Notes: generated by a model from the letters alone, not told the origin. DNA of 64,000 nt from Candidatus Culexarchaeum nevadense (GCA_025060975.1 JANZKA010000002.1:5629-69628); one strand, 5' to 3'. Counted from the first letter of the stretch, positions 1-9,327 are shown. Numbers and translations are program-made.

Positions 1-972
1 AAGAAACGTGCAAAATCTTCTAGTGGAATTAGATTTTCAGTTAAGAAGGAGGGGGCTGGACAGATAGTTCTAGTTGGCGATACTCTTACTGGTAAAAGTT
101 CCTTGCTTTCTCTACTTACCAATGCTAAGCCCACTATTGGTTCATCTCCATTTACAACTAGAACTCCTATTCCGGGGATGATGGAGTACTTGGATGTTCA
201 AGTTCAGTTGGTGGAGGTTCCAGCGATATCTATTGGTGTGCCATGGTTAAATTCTGCTTTAAGCTTATGTAGAAATGCTGATGGAATAGTGTTTGTGGTG
301 GATTTATCTAGGGATCCCATTGATAGTTTGAAGTTCATTTTTGAGAGAATTAAGAGTGCTAAGATAACTTTAAAGAAGCCTAGTGTTAGAATTGAGGTTG
401 AGAAGAGATCTTCTGGTGGTATACAGGTTTTCTGTAGTGGGTGTTTGAAGGATTGTGATGTTAGGGATATAATTGAACTATTTAAGTCTTATGGTTTGAA
501 TAATGTGTTTATAAAGATTTGGGGTGATGTTAGTTTAAGTGATGTGGAACGCTATATGGATTCCAGCATAGTTTACAAGCCTTCTCTCATAATAGCTAAT
601 AAGATTGATGTTGATGGCTCTATGGATAATTTAGTTAAACTTGAAAAGTCTTTGGGAGGTTTAACTAAGGTTATCCCATTTTCATGTATAAATCCTCCAT
701 TGGATCTCTTGAAATTGAAATCTGAGATTTATGGTATGCTTAACGTTATTAGGGTTTATACGAAGGAGGTTGGTGGTAGCCCATCTAAGAAGCCTCTCGT
801 AGTCCCGAAGGGGTTTAGGGTTATTGATGTAGCTAAGATCATTCACAGCCAATTATACAATAATTTTGGTTATGCAAGGGTTTGGGGTTCTTCTGTTAAG
901 TTCGATGGGGAGAGGGTTGGTCCTGATCATATTTTAAATGATGGTGATATTGTGGAAATAAGAACTAAATAA
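1..972 (+). CDS. DRG/OBG-family GTPase with C-terminal TGS domain (5'-truncated by window edge)
   Basis: Frame 1 is open from base 1 (KKRAKSSSGIRFSVKKEGAGQIVLVGDTLTGKSS). G1 GDTLTGKS, G2 PFTT, G4 NKID, TGS tail (YARVWGSSVKFDGERVGPDHILNDGDIVEI). G3 is atypical (EVPA). Confidence 0.9.
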   Translation, partial: KKRAKSSSGIRFSVKKEGAGQIVLVGDTLTGKSSLLSLLTNAKPTIGSSPFTTRTPIPGMMEYLDVQVQLVEVPAISIGVPWLNSALSLCRNADGIVFVVDLSRDPIDSLKFIFERIKSAKITLKKPSVRIEVEKRSSGGIQVFCSGCLKDCDVRDIIELFKSYGLNNVFIKIWGDVSLSDVERYMDSSIVYKPSLIIANKIDVDGSMDNLVKLEKSLGGLTKVIPFSCINPPLDLLKLKSEIYGMLNVIRVYTKEVGGSPSKKPLVVPKGFRVIDVAKIIHSQLYNNFGYARVWGSSVKFDGERVGPDHILNDGDIVEIRTK

Positions 973-978
973 GTTTAC

Positions 979-1164
979 CTATTCCTTTTCCTTCTTCATC
1001 TGTCTATGAAGTATTGTTGCTCCAACCCCTATCACTATAATATCTATTATGAGCATCTCCAAATCTCCAATTATGTGTCTCGTGTTCAATATGTATGTGA
1101 GGAATGGTGTTAGAGATATTGTAAGTGCTGTGAATGGTGTTATGAGTTCCCTGAATATTGGCAT
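979..1164 (-). CDS. small membrane protein (two hydrophobic helices)
   Basis: ORF with two hydrophobic segments and a basic tail. ATG at 1164 follows an SD-like AGGTGGA; the ORF track start is GTG 1173. Confidence 0.6.
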   Translation of the reverse strand: MPIFRELITPFTALTISLTPFLTYILNTRHIIGDLEMLIIDIIVIGVGATILHRQMKKEKE

Positions 1165-1173
1165 GTATTCCAC

Positions 1174-1731
1174 CTACCTGTATAGTGTTGGTGGAGGTTC
1201 TTCACCGCCTTTACTAATCTTCATTTCCTCGATTTTCCTAGGCTCTCCCCACTTTATGTTTGGAATGTATATTAACGTGTATTTCTGTGCTTCAACATCC
1301 ACTATATATATGTAGAGTGTTGTATCTTTCTGTATATCGCTCAATCTATGCCTTCTGAATGCTGATGGATATATTATTGCCTTCTTCCTCTCTTCATCCA
1401 TAGCTACCGCCATTAGGAATGCATATTCACCTATGGTGAATATGTTTATCTCATTCCTCCCATACTTCCCTGCATCTATGTATTTATGGAATTCATTGAA
1501 CGTGTTGCTATCAGTTGATATCATTATTCCAAATGGTGATTGCTCATCTGCTTTACCAACTGATACTACTATTGGGTTTATTTCAAGTACATCGTACCCA
1601 GCTTTCTTAAGTTCCTCAGCTTTCCCCTTAATCTGTTGTATTAACGTATATCTCCCAATTTCGAAATCTTGTATCATTTTTTGTGGTTCAATCTTCTTCT
1701 TCCTATGGAATATTCGGCTAAATATGCTCAT
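1174..1731 (-). CDS. hypothetical protein resembling a haloarchaeal conserved hypothetical family
   Basis: 185 aa ORF with ATG start. Pattern 'AEELKKAGYDVLEINP...FGI...F...FLMAVAMD...AIIYP' recalls a haloarchaeal uncharacterised family (from memory, unverified). Confidence 0.7.
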   Translation of the reverse strand: MSIFSRIFHRKKKIEPQKMIQDFEIGRYTLIQQIKGKAEELKKAGYDVLEINPIVVSVGKADEQSPFGIMISTDSNTFNEFHKYIDAGKYGRNEINIFTIGEYAFLMAVAMDEERKKAIIYPSAFRRHRLSDIQKDTTLYIYIVDVEAQKYTLIYIPNIKWGEPRKIEEMKISKGGEEPPPTLYR

Positions 1732-2089
1732 CCCAATTCCACTTCTCCATTACCTATGTATAAATATTATTATAAAGTTAACCTTTTGTCGTATAGTTAA
1801 TATTTCACTTCAGCTTTTGGGGGCATTGATGATTTTCGCCGCTAATGGTAAATGATGGTACATCGAGAGTTGTTTTCTATTTTGATCATGAGAAGAAATC
1901 CTCACATGGATTACTACTTTCCTTGAGACGTTAAATTTAACAAATCCCATTTAACTCTTAACTTCGCACTCAAGAATCCTCCTAACATCAATAGTTCTAA
2001 TAATCCTTGCTTTTCTCTTTATAAGTGTATGGGATTAATTTTAACTTTTTATAATCCTTCCGGGTATCAGCAGTTTTCAGATGCTAATT

Positions 2090-2854
2090 TTAAGAATCGT
2101 TATGAAGAGTTTGGTTAACTATTCTTCTTCTCGTTTTAAATTCTTCTAAAATTTTCTCAGATATCTCTATGAACCCTTCACCATAAGGTTTTCTGGTGAT
2201 GATTTTTGCTACTTTCTTTGCATTTTCTGAGGCATTTGCAACTGCAACGCTAAATCCAGCTTCCATTAACATTTCCACATCTACATCGCTATCCCCAATT
2301 GCCATTACATTTTCACGTTTCAAATTCCATTTCTCCATTACTCTTTTTAGAGCGACCCCTTTATTCACTCTTCTATCACTTACATGTATTGCTACTCCAC
2401 TGAAAACAGCTTTTGCTTCTGGGATCATTCTACTTAAAACTTCCATAGTCTTTTTGTATGCATATTCCCATTCAATTCCATGTTTAACTTTGAAGGAGAA
2501 GTCTACTAATCTGTACATGCATTGCCAACTCTCGATTAGGATGTCTCCAAGCTCTCTTTTAATTATCTCTCTAGCTTTCTCTCCAATTTTCTTGTCTCCA
2601 ATAACTTCTATTTCTCCATTTAACCCCATTACCCCTCCATTTTCAGCTATTACGTAGTCTATTCCGCCTATATATCTTGCTAGTCCCATGAGTACTGGGT
2701 ATGCGTTTCCTGAAGCTAGAATCACTTTTAATCCGATATCTCTTTTCAGTTTCCTGAGCATTTCTATTGCATTTAAATCTAGTGTATTGTCTTTGCTCGT
2801 TATGGTTCCATCAACATCTATAACTATGCACTTTATTTCTGATAAGCTTATCAT
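2090..2854 (-). CDS. HAD-superfamily phosphatase (phosphoglycolate phosphatase, TA0175/SPP-like)
   Basis: Motif I DVDGT, motif II SGN, NKG, motif IV GDSDVD. ATGA overlap with the upstream gene. Confidence 0.88.
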   Translation of the reverse strand: MISLSEIKCIVIDVDGTITSKDNTLDLNAIEMLRKLKRDIGLKVILASGNAYPVLMGLARYIGGIDYVIAENGGVMGLNGEIEVIGDKKIGEKAREIIKRELGDILIESWQCMYRLVDFSFKVKHGIEWEYAYKKTMEVLSRMIPEAKAVFSGVAIHVSDRRVNKGVALKRVMEKWNLKRENVMAIGDSDVDVEMLMEAGFSVAVANASENAKKVAKIITRKPYGEGFIEISEKILEEFKTRRRIVNQTLHNDS

Positions 2855-4755
2855 ATGCTAATTCCACCTACAATTATTTTTGATGTGTATTCTGCTAATG
2901 GACAGTTTGATTGACATTTACCGCATTTCACACATTTATCTTCATCTACTATTGGGTGATCTGAGATTTTTATGGCGTTTACCTTGCAAAGGTATTGGCA
3001 GGATCCACATTTTATGCAGTACATTCCTCTCAATATTGCTTTCAATGCTGATTTGAAGTATATTTCTGCATCTTCCTTGGATTTCGATATTACGGTTAAT
3101 TGTCCTTTTTGTGTTAAGGTAATGCTATTCTTCCCCATTATGGCTGTTGCTATTCTGAGTTTCTTTGAATATTTTACTTCGCCAATTACTGGTAGAACGT
3201 CTTTTATTCGTTCTAAATCTATTTCTACATCGAGTTTTGCTTCTATACTATAACTTTCTTGGCATGGACTGTACCCTGATATCTTGATAATCCTTGTTGG
3301 AAGCCTTTTTACTCCACACTCATCATTTACTGTTATCTTCTTCTCCTTAGCTATTCTCTTTTGATCTCCTGGAATTTTTATCCATCTCCATAAGCCCATT
3401 TCAACCCATTCTTCATCATACCCCCTATCTTTAGCCCATTTCATAAGTTTCTCTTTCCATGCACTCCATAATTCTGGATGTATTTTTTCAACTAGTTTAA
3501 ATTCGGCTAATTCGCATGATGGGCATAGCCAACATCCAAGTCTATCAAATCCCATTTGATATAGTGGGTTTACTGGAGCTTTCTTCCACATTACATATAA
3601 CCATACGTGTAGTGCAGACCAATCCATTATTGGGCTTGCATTTATTGAGTCTGGTAGCCATTTGTTCTTCCATATGCTTGGGGATTTCGCTCTAGTTAGA
3701 GATTCATATTTCCTTTGACCAACTAGTGTGAGGGCTCCTGAAGGGTAATTGTTTTTCATAGCTTTTAGTATTGGTATTAGTTTGCATGTTTTGCAGCACC
3801 ATCTATAATCTCTTGCTGGTGGTCCGAATACTTCTATGGCACTCCAGAATATGCCGTTTGCTTCAGCTTTTATTAGCTCTACATTCATGATTTTTGATAT
3901 TTCTTCAACGTATGATACTGTTTCAGGTAGCTCAAGTCCTGTATCATTGAATAGCATCTTTTGATTGATTCCTGCTTCTAATGATAGTAGTAGTGTTGCT
4001 AGGCTATCCTTTCCACCTGAGAATGATGTGCATACTGGTCTTCCATACTTCTTTTCAACTTCAATTATGAATGATTTAGCTCTTGCCTCTAATAGTTCTA
4101 GAGATTTTGAATTGGCTTTTAATGCTTTGTCTATGGTTGCTTTTGCTTTAATTATATGTGGGCTTTGGGGTTCCCAGACTTTTATAACCTTTATTTCATT
4201 TCCCTCGTATACACCTACTCCTATGGATTTTCCATTTATATTTCCAATAGCCACCATTTTTCCATAATGATTTGGTATTTCTCCATCAATGATTTCTGAT
4301 CTACTTATTCTATCCCATTTTTCAATTCTCTCTTTACGGATTCTACACCAGTATCCTGCTTTATCCATTATTAGTCTTGTAGCCCCCTCCTCTACTGGTT
4401 TGAATCTCCAAATTCCAATTCTAGGTTCATAGTATATTTGTCCAATGACTCTCCCATCCACTATTACTTCATCTGCTTGATCTATGTGTGGAATCTTGTT
4501 GAGCAGTATTATCTTCCCTTCACCTATTAGTGTTTTTTCAGCTTTATGATCTTCGTACTCCATTCTTATAGTTCTCCTAATTCTATCTTCATCTTCTTTG
4601 AATGCTGGTCTAGCATCGATTGGTGGTGTTGCGGATAATCTTCTCCCAATTTCACCACATATTTCACATTTCGGTGTTATTAGTGGGATATTGCAGTTTC
4701 TACACCAATATACTTCTGCTTTTTCACGCCATATTTGTTTCTTCATTTTCTGCAT
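2851..4755 (-). CDS. PAPS/APS-reductase-family PP-loop protein with N-terminal Zn ribbon, PUA-like domain and C-terminal 2x[4Fe-4S]
   Basis: CRNC..CEIC, SFSGGKDS, RWCC, RLGCWLCP, C-terminal CIKCGSCQYLC and CVKCGKCQSNCP. Confidence 0.85.
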   Translation of the reverse strand: MQKMKKQIWREKAEVYWCRNCNIPLITPKCEICGEIGRRLSATPPIDARPAFKEDEDRIRRTIRMEYEDHKAEKTLIGEGKIILLNKIPHIDQADEVIVDGRVIGQIYYEPRIGIWRFKPVEEGATRLIMDKAGYWCRIRKERIEKWDRISRSEIIDGEIPNHYGKMVAIGNINGKSIGVGVYEGNEIKVIKVWEPQSPHIIKAKATIDKALKANSKSLELLEARAKSFIIEVEKKYGRPVCTSFSGGKDSLATLLLSLEAGINQKMLFNDTGLELPETVSYVEEISKIMNVELIKAEANGIFWSAIEVFGPPARDYRWCCKTCKLIPILKAMKNNYPSGALTLVGQRKYESLTRAKSPSIWKNKWLPDSINASPIMDWSALHVWLYVMWKKAPVNPLYQMGFDRLGCWLCPSCELAEFKLVEKIHPELWSAWKEKLMKWAKDRGYDEEWVEMGLWRWIKIPGDQKRIAKEKKITVNDECGVKRLPTRIIKISGYSPCQESYSIEAKLDVEIDLERIKDVLPVIGEVKYSKKLRIATAIMGKNSITLTQKGQLTVISKSKEDAEIYFKSALKAILRGMYCIKCGSCQYLCKVNAIKISDHPIVDEDKCVKCGKCQSNCPLAEYTSKIIVGGISI

Positions 4756-4888
4756 TAAATACTCTGGCTAGGTATCTTATATTTGTCTTGTATGTTTATT
4801 TTACGTCTCAACTTTTCTTGACTTTTTCCTCTAGATTTTTTGTGTCATTTTCATGGTTAGCTGATGATCTCGTAGTAGATTTACATCA

Positions 4889-6124
4889 TCATCTTTTCAT
4901 GTAGTATTTCACAACCTTTTTTACTGCTCTAGCTGTGTCTATTGCTTCATCATCTGTTAGTGATGGTTGGGTTGGCAATGTTAATACTCTTTCACTTACG
5001 TATTCTGCATTTGGGCATAGTCCTGGCTTGTACGTTATCTTCTTGTTGTAGTGTGGGCATGTCCATGGACACCCCTTTCCATGTCCAGTCATTTGCTGGA
5101 ATATTGGTTCCATGTATAATGGTGTTGGGTATGCTACTGAAACATATACGTTCTCTCTTCTTATGGCTTCATATATTTCATCTCTACTTTTCCTCAGTTT
5201 CTCTATTTCCAGAAGAATGTTGTATATGTGCCATACATGTTTAACCCTCTTCTTCTCTATTGGGGTTTTTATAGCTTCACAATCGCTTATTTCATCATTG
5301 TATATCTTTACAATCTCTCTCCTCCTATTGTTAAGTTCATCTATCTTTCTTAATTGGAGTATTCCTATGGCTGCTTGTATTTCAGTCATCCTATAATTGT
5401 ATCCTATGGTTGTATAGTGGTATCTTGATGTTTCCCCATGACTTCTCATTAACTTCACTTTTTCAGCTATTTCGTCATTGTTTGTAGTTACCATTCCACC
5501 TTCACCTGTAGTTATGTTTTTGCTTATATAGAAGCTGAAGGCATTTACATCTCCTATACTTCCAACTTTTACACCATCATATTCTGCTCCTATTGCTTGT
5601 GCACAGTCTTCTATTAATATTAACCCTCTCTCCATGCATATCTTCTTTATATCCATTATTTCTGCTGGTTGTCCGCATAAGTGTACTGCGATTACAGCTT
5701 TAGTTTTATCACTTATCCTCTCTTCTATGCTTTCTGGATTTATGTTGTAGTCTTCAATGTTTATGTCTGCGAATACTGGTATGGCGTTTTGGTGTAGTAT
5801 TGTTGATGCTGTGGCTATGAATGTGAATGGTGTGGTTATGACTTCATCTCCAGGACCTATACCTGAGGCTCTTAATGCTAAGTGTAGTGCAGTTGTCCCG
5901 TTGGATACTGCTATTGCATGTTTAACGTTTATATATCTTTTGAAGTCTTCTTCGAACTCCCTTATCTTCGTTCCAACACTCATAGTCCATCTTCCACTCT
6001 TTAAAACTCTTACTATTTCCTCTATCTCTTCTTCTGTTAATTCTGGTAGTGCCATTATGGGTTTATCTCTAATTGGTTTTCCTCCTTCTATTGCAGGTTT
6101 ATTTATGGTTTCCATAATCTCCAC
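4889..6124 (-). CDS. DegT/DnrJ/EryC1/StrS PLP-dependent aminotransferase
   Basis: AVSNGTTALH, IEDCAQA, FSFYISKNITTGEGG (PLP lysine), GYNYRMTEIQAA. Confidence 0.92.
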   Translation of the reverse strand: MEIMETINKPAIEGGKPIRDKPIMALPELTEEEIEEIVRVLKSGRWTMSVGTKIREFEEDFKRYINVKHAIAVSNGTTALHLALRASGIGPGDEVITTPFTFIATASTILHQNAIPVFADINIEDYNINPESIEERISDKTKAVIAVHLCGQPAEIMDIKKICMERGLILIEDCAQAIGAEYDGVKVGSIGDVNAFSFYISKNITTGEGGMVTTNNDEIAEKVKLMRSHGETSRYHYTTIGYNYRMTEIQAAIGILQLRKIDELNNRRREIVKIYNDEISDCEAIKTPIEKKRVKHVWHIYNILLEIEKLRKSRDEIYEAIRRENVYVSVAYPTPLYMEPIFQQMTGHGKGCPWTCPHYNKKITYKPGLCPNAEYVSERVLTLPTQPSLTDDEAIDTARAVKKVVKYYMKR

Positions 6125-6169
6125 TTTTTAACTATTATTTACTCTATTTCAGTTATAAGCTTTTTTAAT

Positions 6170-6622
6170 TTAACTAACGAAGTTTTCTTTTACAACGCTT
6201 AAAGCTATGCTTGTAACTGTCCTCTTCACGTGTGGTATTGTGAGTATTCCTTTTATCAGTTTATTTAAGTGTTCTCTGTCTTTAACTTTTGCTATTACAA
6301 CTATATCGAAATCTCCTGTTACATCGTATACACTCATATTTTCCTCGTATTTTGCAAGTTTCTCTTCAACTTCAATTATGTGTGGTCCATCTACTTGTAG
6401 CATTATGATTGCAGTTAGATCGTACCCTAATTTCGAGTAGTCTATGTTTATCGTGTACCCCTTTATTATGCCATGTTCCTCTAGTCTTTTTATCCTATTG
6501 TATACGGCTCCTATGGATATTCCCATAGCTTCAGCTATCTCTTTATATGTGAGTTTTGAATTCTCTTTTAGTCTCCTTATTATCTCGAGATCTACATCAT
6601 CTATCTCTACCTTATCTTTCAT
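6170..6622 (-). CDS. Lrp/AsnC family transcriptional regulator
   Basis: N-terminal HTH (DLEIIRRL..NSKLTYKEIA..RIKRLEEHGII) and RAM domain (YDVTGDFD). ATG 6622 overlaps the glnA stop (TGATG). Confidence 0.92.
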   Translation of the reverse strand: MKDKVEIDDVDLEIIRRLKENSKLTYKEIAEAMGISIGAVYNRIKRLEEHGIIKGYTINIDYSKLGYDLTAIIMLQVDGPHIIEVEEKLAKYEENMSVYDVTGDFDIVVIAKVKDREHLNKLIKGILTIPHVKRTVTSIALSVVKENFVS

Positions 6623-7911
6623 CACGCTTTCACCAAGTATCTTTCTATTTCCCATTCTGTTATCTCATTATCGTCTACCTTGTTTTTTGATATGTAATTT
6701 TGGTAATCCATCCATTCCATCGTCTTGTTTTTCACTATTTCTTCATGTAATTCTCTAATTAGGATCTTCTTCATGTATTCACTTTTCTTGAATTCTTCTA
6801 TGGCTTCTCCAAGGTTTGATGGTAGATTCTCATATTTCCCTTGAGTTTTGTAAGCATTTTCCTTGCATGGTTCCATTGGAGTTAACTCTTCATTTATCCC
6901 TCTAATTGCAGCGGCGATAACTGCGATTATCGCTAGGTATGGGTTGGATGATGGGTCTGGATGCCTATATTCAATTCTACAATTCTCTTCATCTATTGTC
7001 ATTGGCACTCTTATTAGTGTTGATCTGTTTCCATATCCCCAGCATATTTTGTTTGGAGCTTCATATCCTGGTTTTAATCTCTTATAGGAGTTTACTGTTG
7101 GAGCTACTAGTATTGATATTTCCCTTGAGCTTTTCAGTATTCCAGCTATTGCTTGTAAAGCTTTTTGACTTATGTTTCCTTCATCTCTATCATAGAATAG
7201 GTTTCTTCCATCAATATCTTGTAAGCTTATGTGTATGTGCATTCCACTTCCATTCATGTTTTTAAATGGTTTTGGCATGTATGTTACTTCTAAACCATAT
7301 CTTTTTGCAATCTCCTTTGTAACCATTTTTGCTATTATTATGTTGTCTGCTGTGGATATTGGGTCTGAAGCTTTTATGGCATATTCATATTGTCCTTCGG
7401 CTGCTTCATGATGTGTTTTCTCAACTTCTATTCCAATTCTATTTAATTTATCCATGATTTCTAGTTGTATCTTTTCAGCTTTAGCGTATGGTGCTATTTC
7501 AAAGTATTGATCTCTGTCTATTGGTTCTACCCCTTTTACTCTCCTAATTATGAAGTATTCTATTTCTACTCCCACTTTGAATTTTAACCCTTTAAGCTCA
7601 AGCTCCTTAACGTATTCCTTTAAGCTCATTCTCGTATTCTTGGTATATGGTTCACCTGAAGCTTTTTCAATGTCGCAGATGGCTATCTTCATTATCCTAG
7701 CACCCGTCTTCAATGTTTTCATGGTTTTTATGTCTGGTTTTGCCAGTAAGTCGCTTTCTTCTATTGGTGCATGTCCTTTAATTGATGATCCATCAAAGCA
7801 TATTATTTTCTGTTTGTTTGTTGAAGTTTTCAGTATTAGCCCTCTTGGTTTTCCATCTAAATCTATTATTATTGGTTTTAGGTACTCTATTTCATTCATT
7901 TTTCTATGCAC
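6622..7911 (-). CDS. glnA: glutamine synthetase type I
   Basis: FDGSSI, GVEIEYF, HHEAAEGQYE, NGSGMHIHISL, NSYKRLKPGYEAP, NRSTLIRVP, RIEYRHPD. The ammonium-site Asp and the flap Glu are retained. Confidence 0.88.
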   Translation of the reverse strand: MHRKMNEIEYLKPIIIDLDGKPRGLILKTSTNKQKIICFDGSSIKGHAPIEESDLLAKPDIKTMKTLKTGARIMKIAICDIEKASGEPYTKNTRMSLKEYVKELELKGLKFKVGVEIEYFIIRRVKGVEPIDRDQYFEIAPYAKAEKIQLEIMDKLNRIGIEVEKTHHEAAEGQYEYAIKASDPISTADNIIIAKMVTKEIAKRYGLEVTYMPKPFKNMNGSGMHIHISLQDIDGRNLFYDRDEGNISQKALQAIAGILKSSREISILVAPTVNSYKRLKPGYEAPNKICWGYGNRSTLIRVPMTIDEENCRIEYRHPDPSSNPYLAIIAVIAAAIRGINEELTPMEPCKENAYKTQGKYENLPSNLGEAIEEFKKSEYMKKILIRELHEEIVKNKTMEWMDYQNYISKNKVDDNEITEWEIERYLVKA

Positions 7912-7946
7912 ATTAAATTAATTGTTTTTCTTGATTTAATGTTTTC

Positions 7947-7992
7947 TGTTAAATTTTTTCATCTTGTTATGGTTTTCTGAAAATATTTTTCA
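7947..7992. promoter_or_regulatory. two 15-bp semi-palindromic boxes 31 bp apart upstream of glnA-lrp (candidate Lrp sites)
   Basis: TGTTAAATTTTTTCA (7947-7961) and TGAAAATATTTTTCA (7978-7992). Confidence 0.45.
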
Positions 7993-8071
7993 TGTGGGAA
8001 TTTATCACGTATAGCCATTTATGATGTGATTTCTGGAAACCATTCATTTGTGGATAATCTACTTTATTCCT

Positions 8072-8425
8072 TTATTTTCTAGATATTCTCGGTTCTACTT
8101 CAAGTATTATCCTTCTAATTCCATCTATACTTACTTTTCCATTTCTAATTATTTCATCTCTTTCTGGTATTATCATTTTCCCCTTATACATTCCACTTGG
8201 ATTGTTGAGGTAGAAGACTTGTAGTGCTAGTATTGCGACGTTTATTTTCTTCCCCCCATATTTTGAGATTAGCTCTTCTAGATCGCTTCTACTTATACCA
8301 GTTCTTTTCTGTAAAGCTTTTATTATCCCCTCTGGATCTTCATCCATTACTTCAAGTATGTCATTTATTGTTATGTTGTGTTCTTTTAGGAAGTCTTTTA
8401 ATGCATCTCTCAAACTTATGTACAT
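8072..8425 (-). CDS. hypothetical protein
   Basis: 117 aa ORF with ATG start, filling the gap between folD and glnA, with the codon style of other minus-strand genes. Confidence 0.75.
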   Translation of the reverse strand: MYISLRDALKDFLKEHNITINDILEVMDEDPEGIIKALQKRTGISRSDLEELISKYGGKKINVAILALQVFYLNNPSGMYKGKMIIPERDEIIRNGKVSIDGIRRIILEVEPRISRK

Positions 8426-8474
8426 TTCAATTCAATAAATGTAAAAATTTTGGGGGTAAATAGTTGTTTTGTTT

Positions 8475-9326
8475 TTAATTGAGTTTATTTTGCATTTTTG
8501 CGGCTTTTATTAGGTTTCTCATTAGTATTGCTATTATCATTGGTCCAACTCCGCCTGGTACTGGTGTTATTGCTGAGGCTTTTGTTGAGACTTCATTCAT
8601 GTTTACATCTCCAACCAATTTGTCTCCTATGTAGTTGAATCCACAATCTACGACGACAGCCCCCTCTTTAACCATGTCTCCAGTTATTGCTTGTGGTTTT
8701 GCTATGTCTACTATGAGTATGTCTGCATTTCTAGTGTGTTTTGTGAGGTTTGGTGATGTGTATTCGCATATGGTTACATCTGCTCCGCTATTTAGTAGCA
8801 GTGCTGCAAGTGGTTTTCCAGTGAGTTCTGTGGCTCCAACTATTACTGCATGTTTACCTTCAACTTTAACTCTATATTCTTTGAATAACTCCATTATCCC
8901 TTCAGCTGCTGGTGATACTAGGCATTCCTCCTTTAGGTATAATTTTCCAATATTTATTGGGTGTAATCCATCGATATCCTTTTCAGGTTTAACTCTCGCT
9001 GAAATTCTCTTTTCATTTATATGTTTTGGTAATGGTAGTTGTATGACTATGCCATGAACATTTTTGTCTTCATTAAGTTTATCTACGATTTTTATGAGTT
9101 CTCCTTCACTTATATCTTCTGGTAGACTGTGTATTTCTGATTCCATTCCAAGTCTTTTAGCTCTTCTAGCTTTCATATTTACATATGATGTTGATGCTGG
9201 ATCTTTCCCAACAAGTATTAATGCTATTTTTGGTGTTACTCCAGCTTCCACTAGCTTCTTTACTTCTACTTTTAACTCTTCAAATATCTTTTCTGATAGT
9301 TTGTTTCCATCAAGTATTGTTGGAAT
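8475..9326 (-). CDS. folD: FolD-family methylene-THF dehydrogenase/cyclohydrolase (divergent NADP site; probable ATT start)
   Basis: ILDG N-terminus, ASTSYVNMK, IQLPLP, KDIDGLHP, TPVPGGVGPM. The frame extends past the ORF-track start (9251) to ATT 9326, giving 283 aa. Confidence 0.9.
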   Translation of the reverse strand: MPTILDGNKLSEKIFEELKVEVKKLVEAGVTPKIALILVGKDPASTSYVNMKARRAKRLGMESEIHSLPEDISEGELIKIVDKLNEDKNVHGIVIQLPLPKHINEKRISARVKPEKDIDGLHPINIGKLYLKEECLVSPAAEGIMELFKEYRVKVEGKHAVIVGATELTGKPLAALLLNSGADVTICEYTSPNLTKHTRNADILIVDIAKPQAITGDMVKEGAVVVDCGFNYIGDKLVGDVNMNEVSTKASAITPVPGGVGPMIIAILMRNLIKAAKMQNKLN

Positions 9327-9327
9327 T

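Noticed and set aside
1164..1176. In-frame TAG directly followed by another ORF (possible pyrrolysine/amber readthrough)
   Set aside because: The downstream ORF has its own SD and ATG (1164). TAG ends several genes at their natural C-termini (mtd, hypD, alaX, dtdA), so it is an ordinary stop here.
1826..1890. Possible C/D box sRNA (TGATGA ... ATGATGG)
   Set aside because: No correctly spaced CTGA D or D' boxes.
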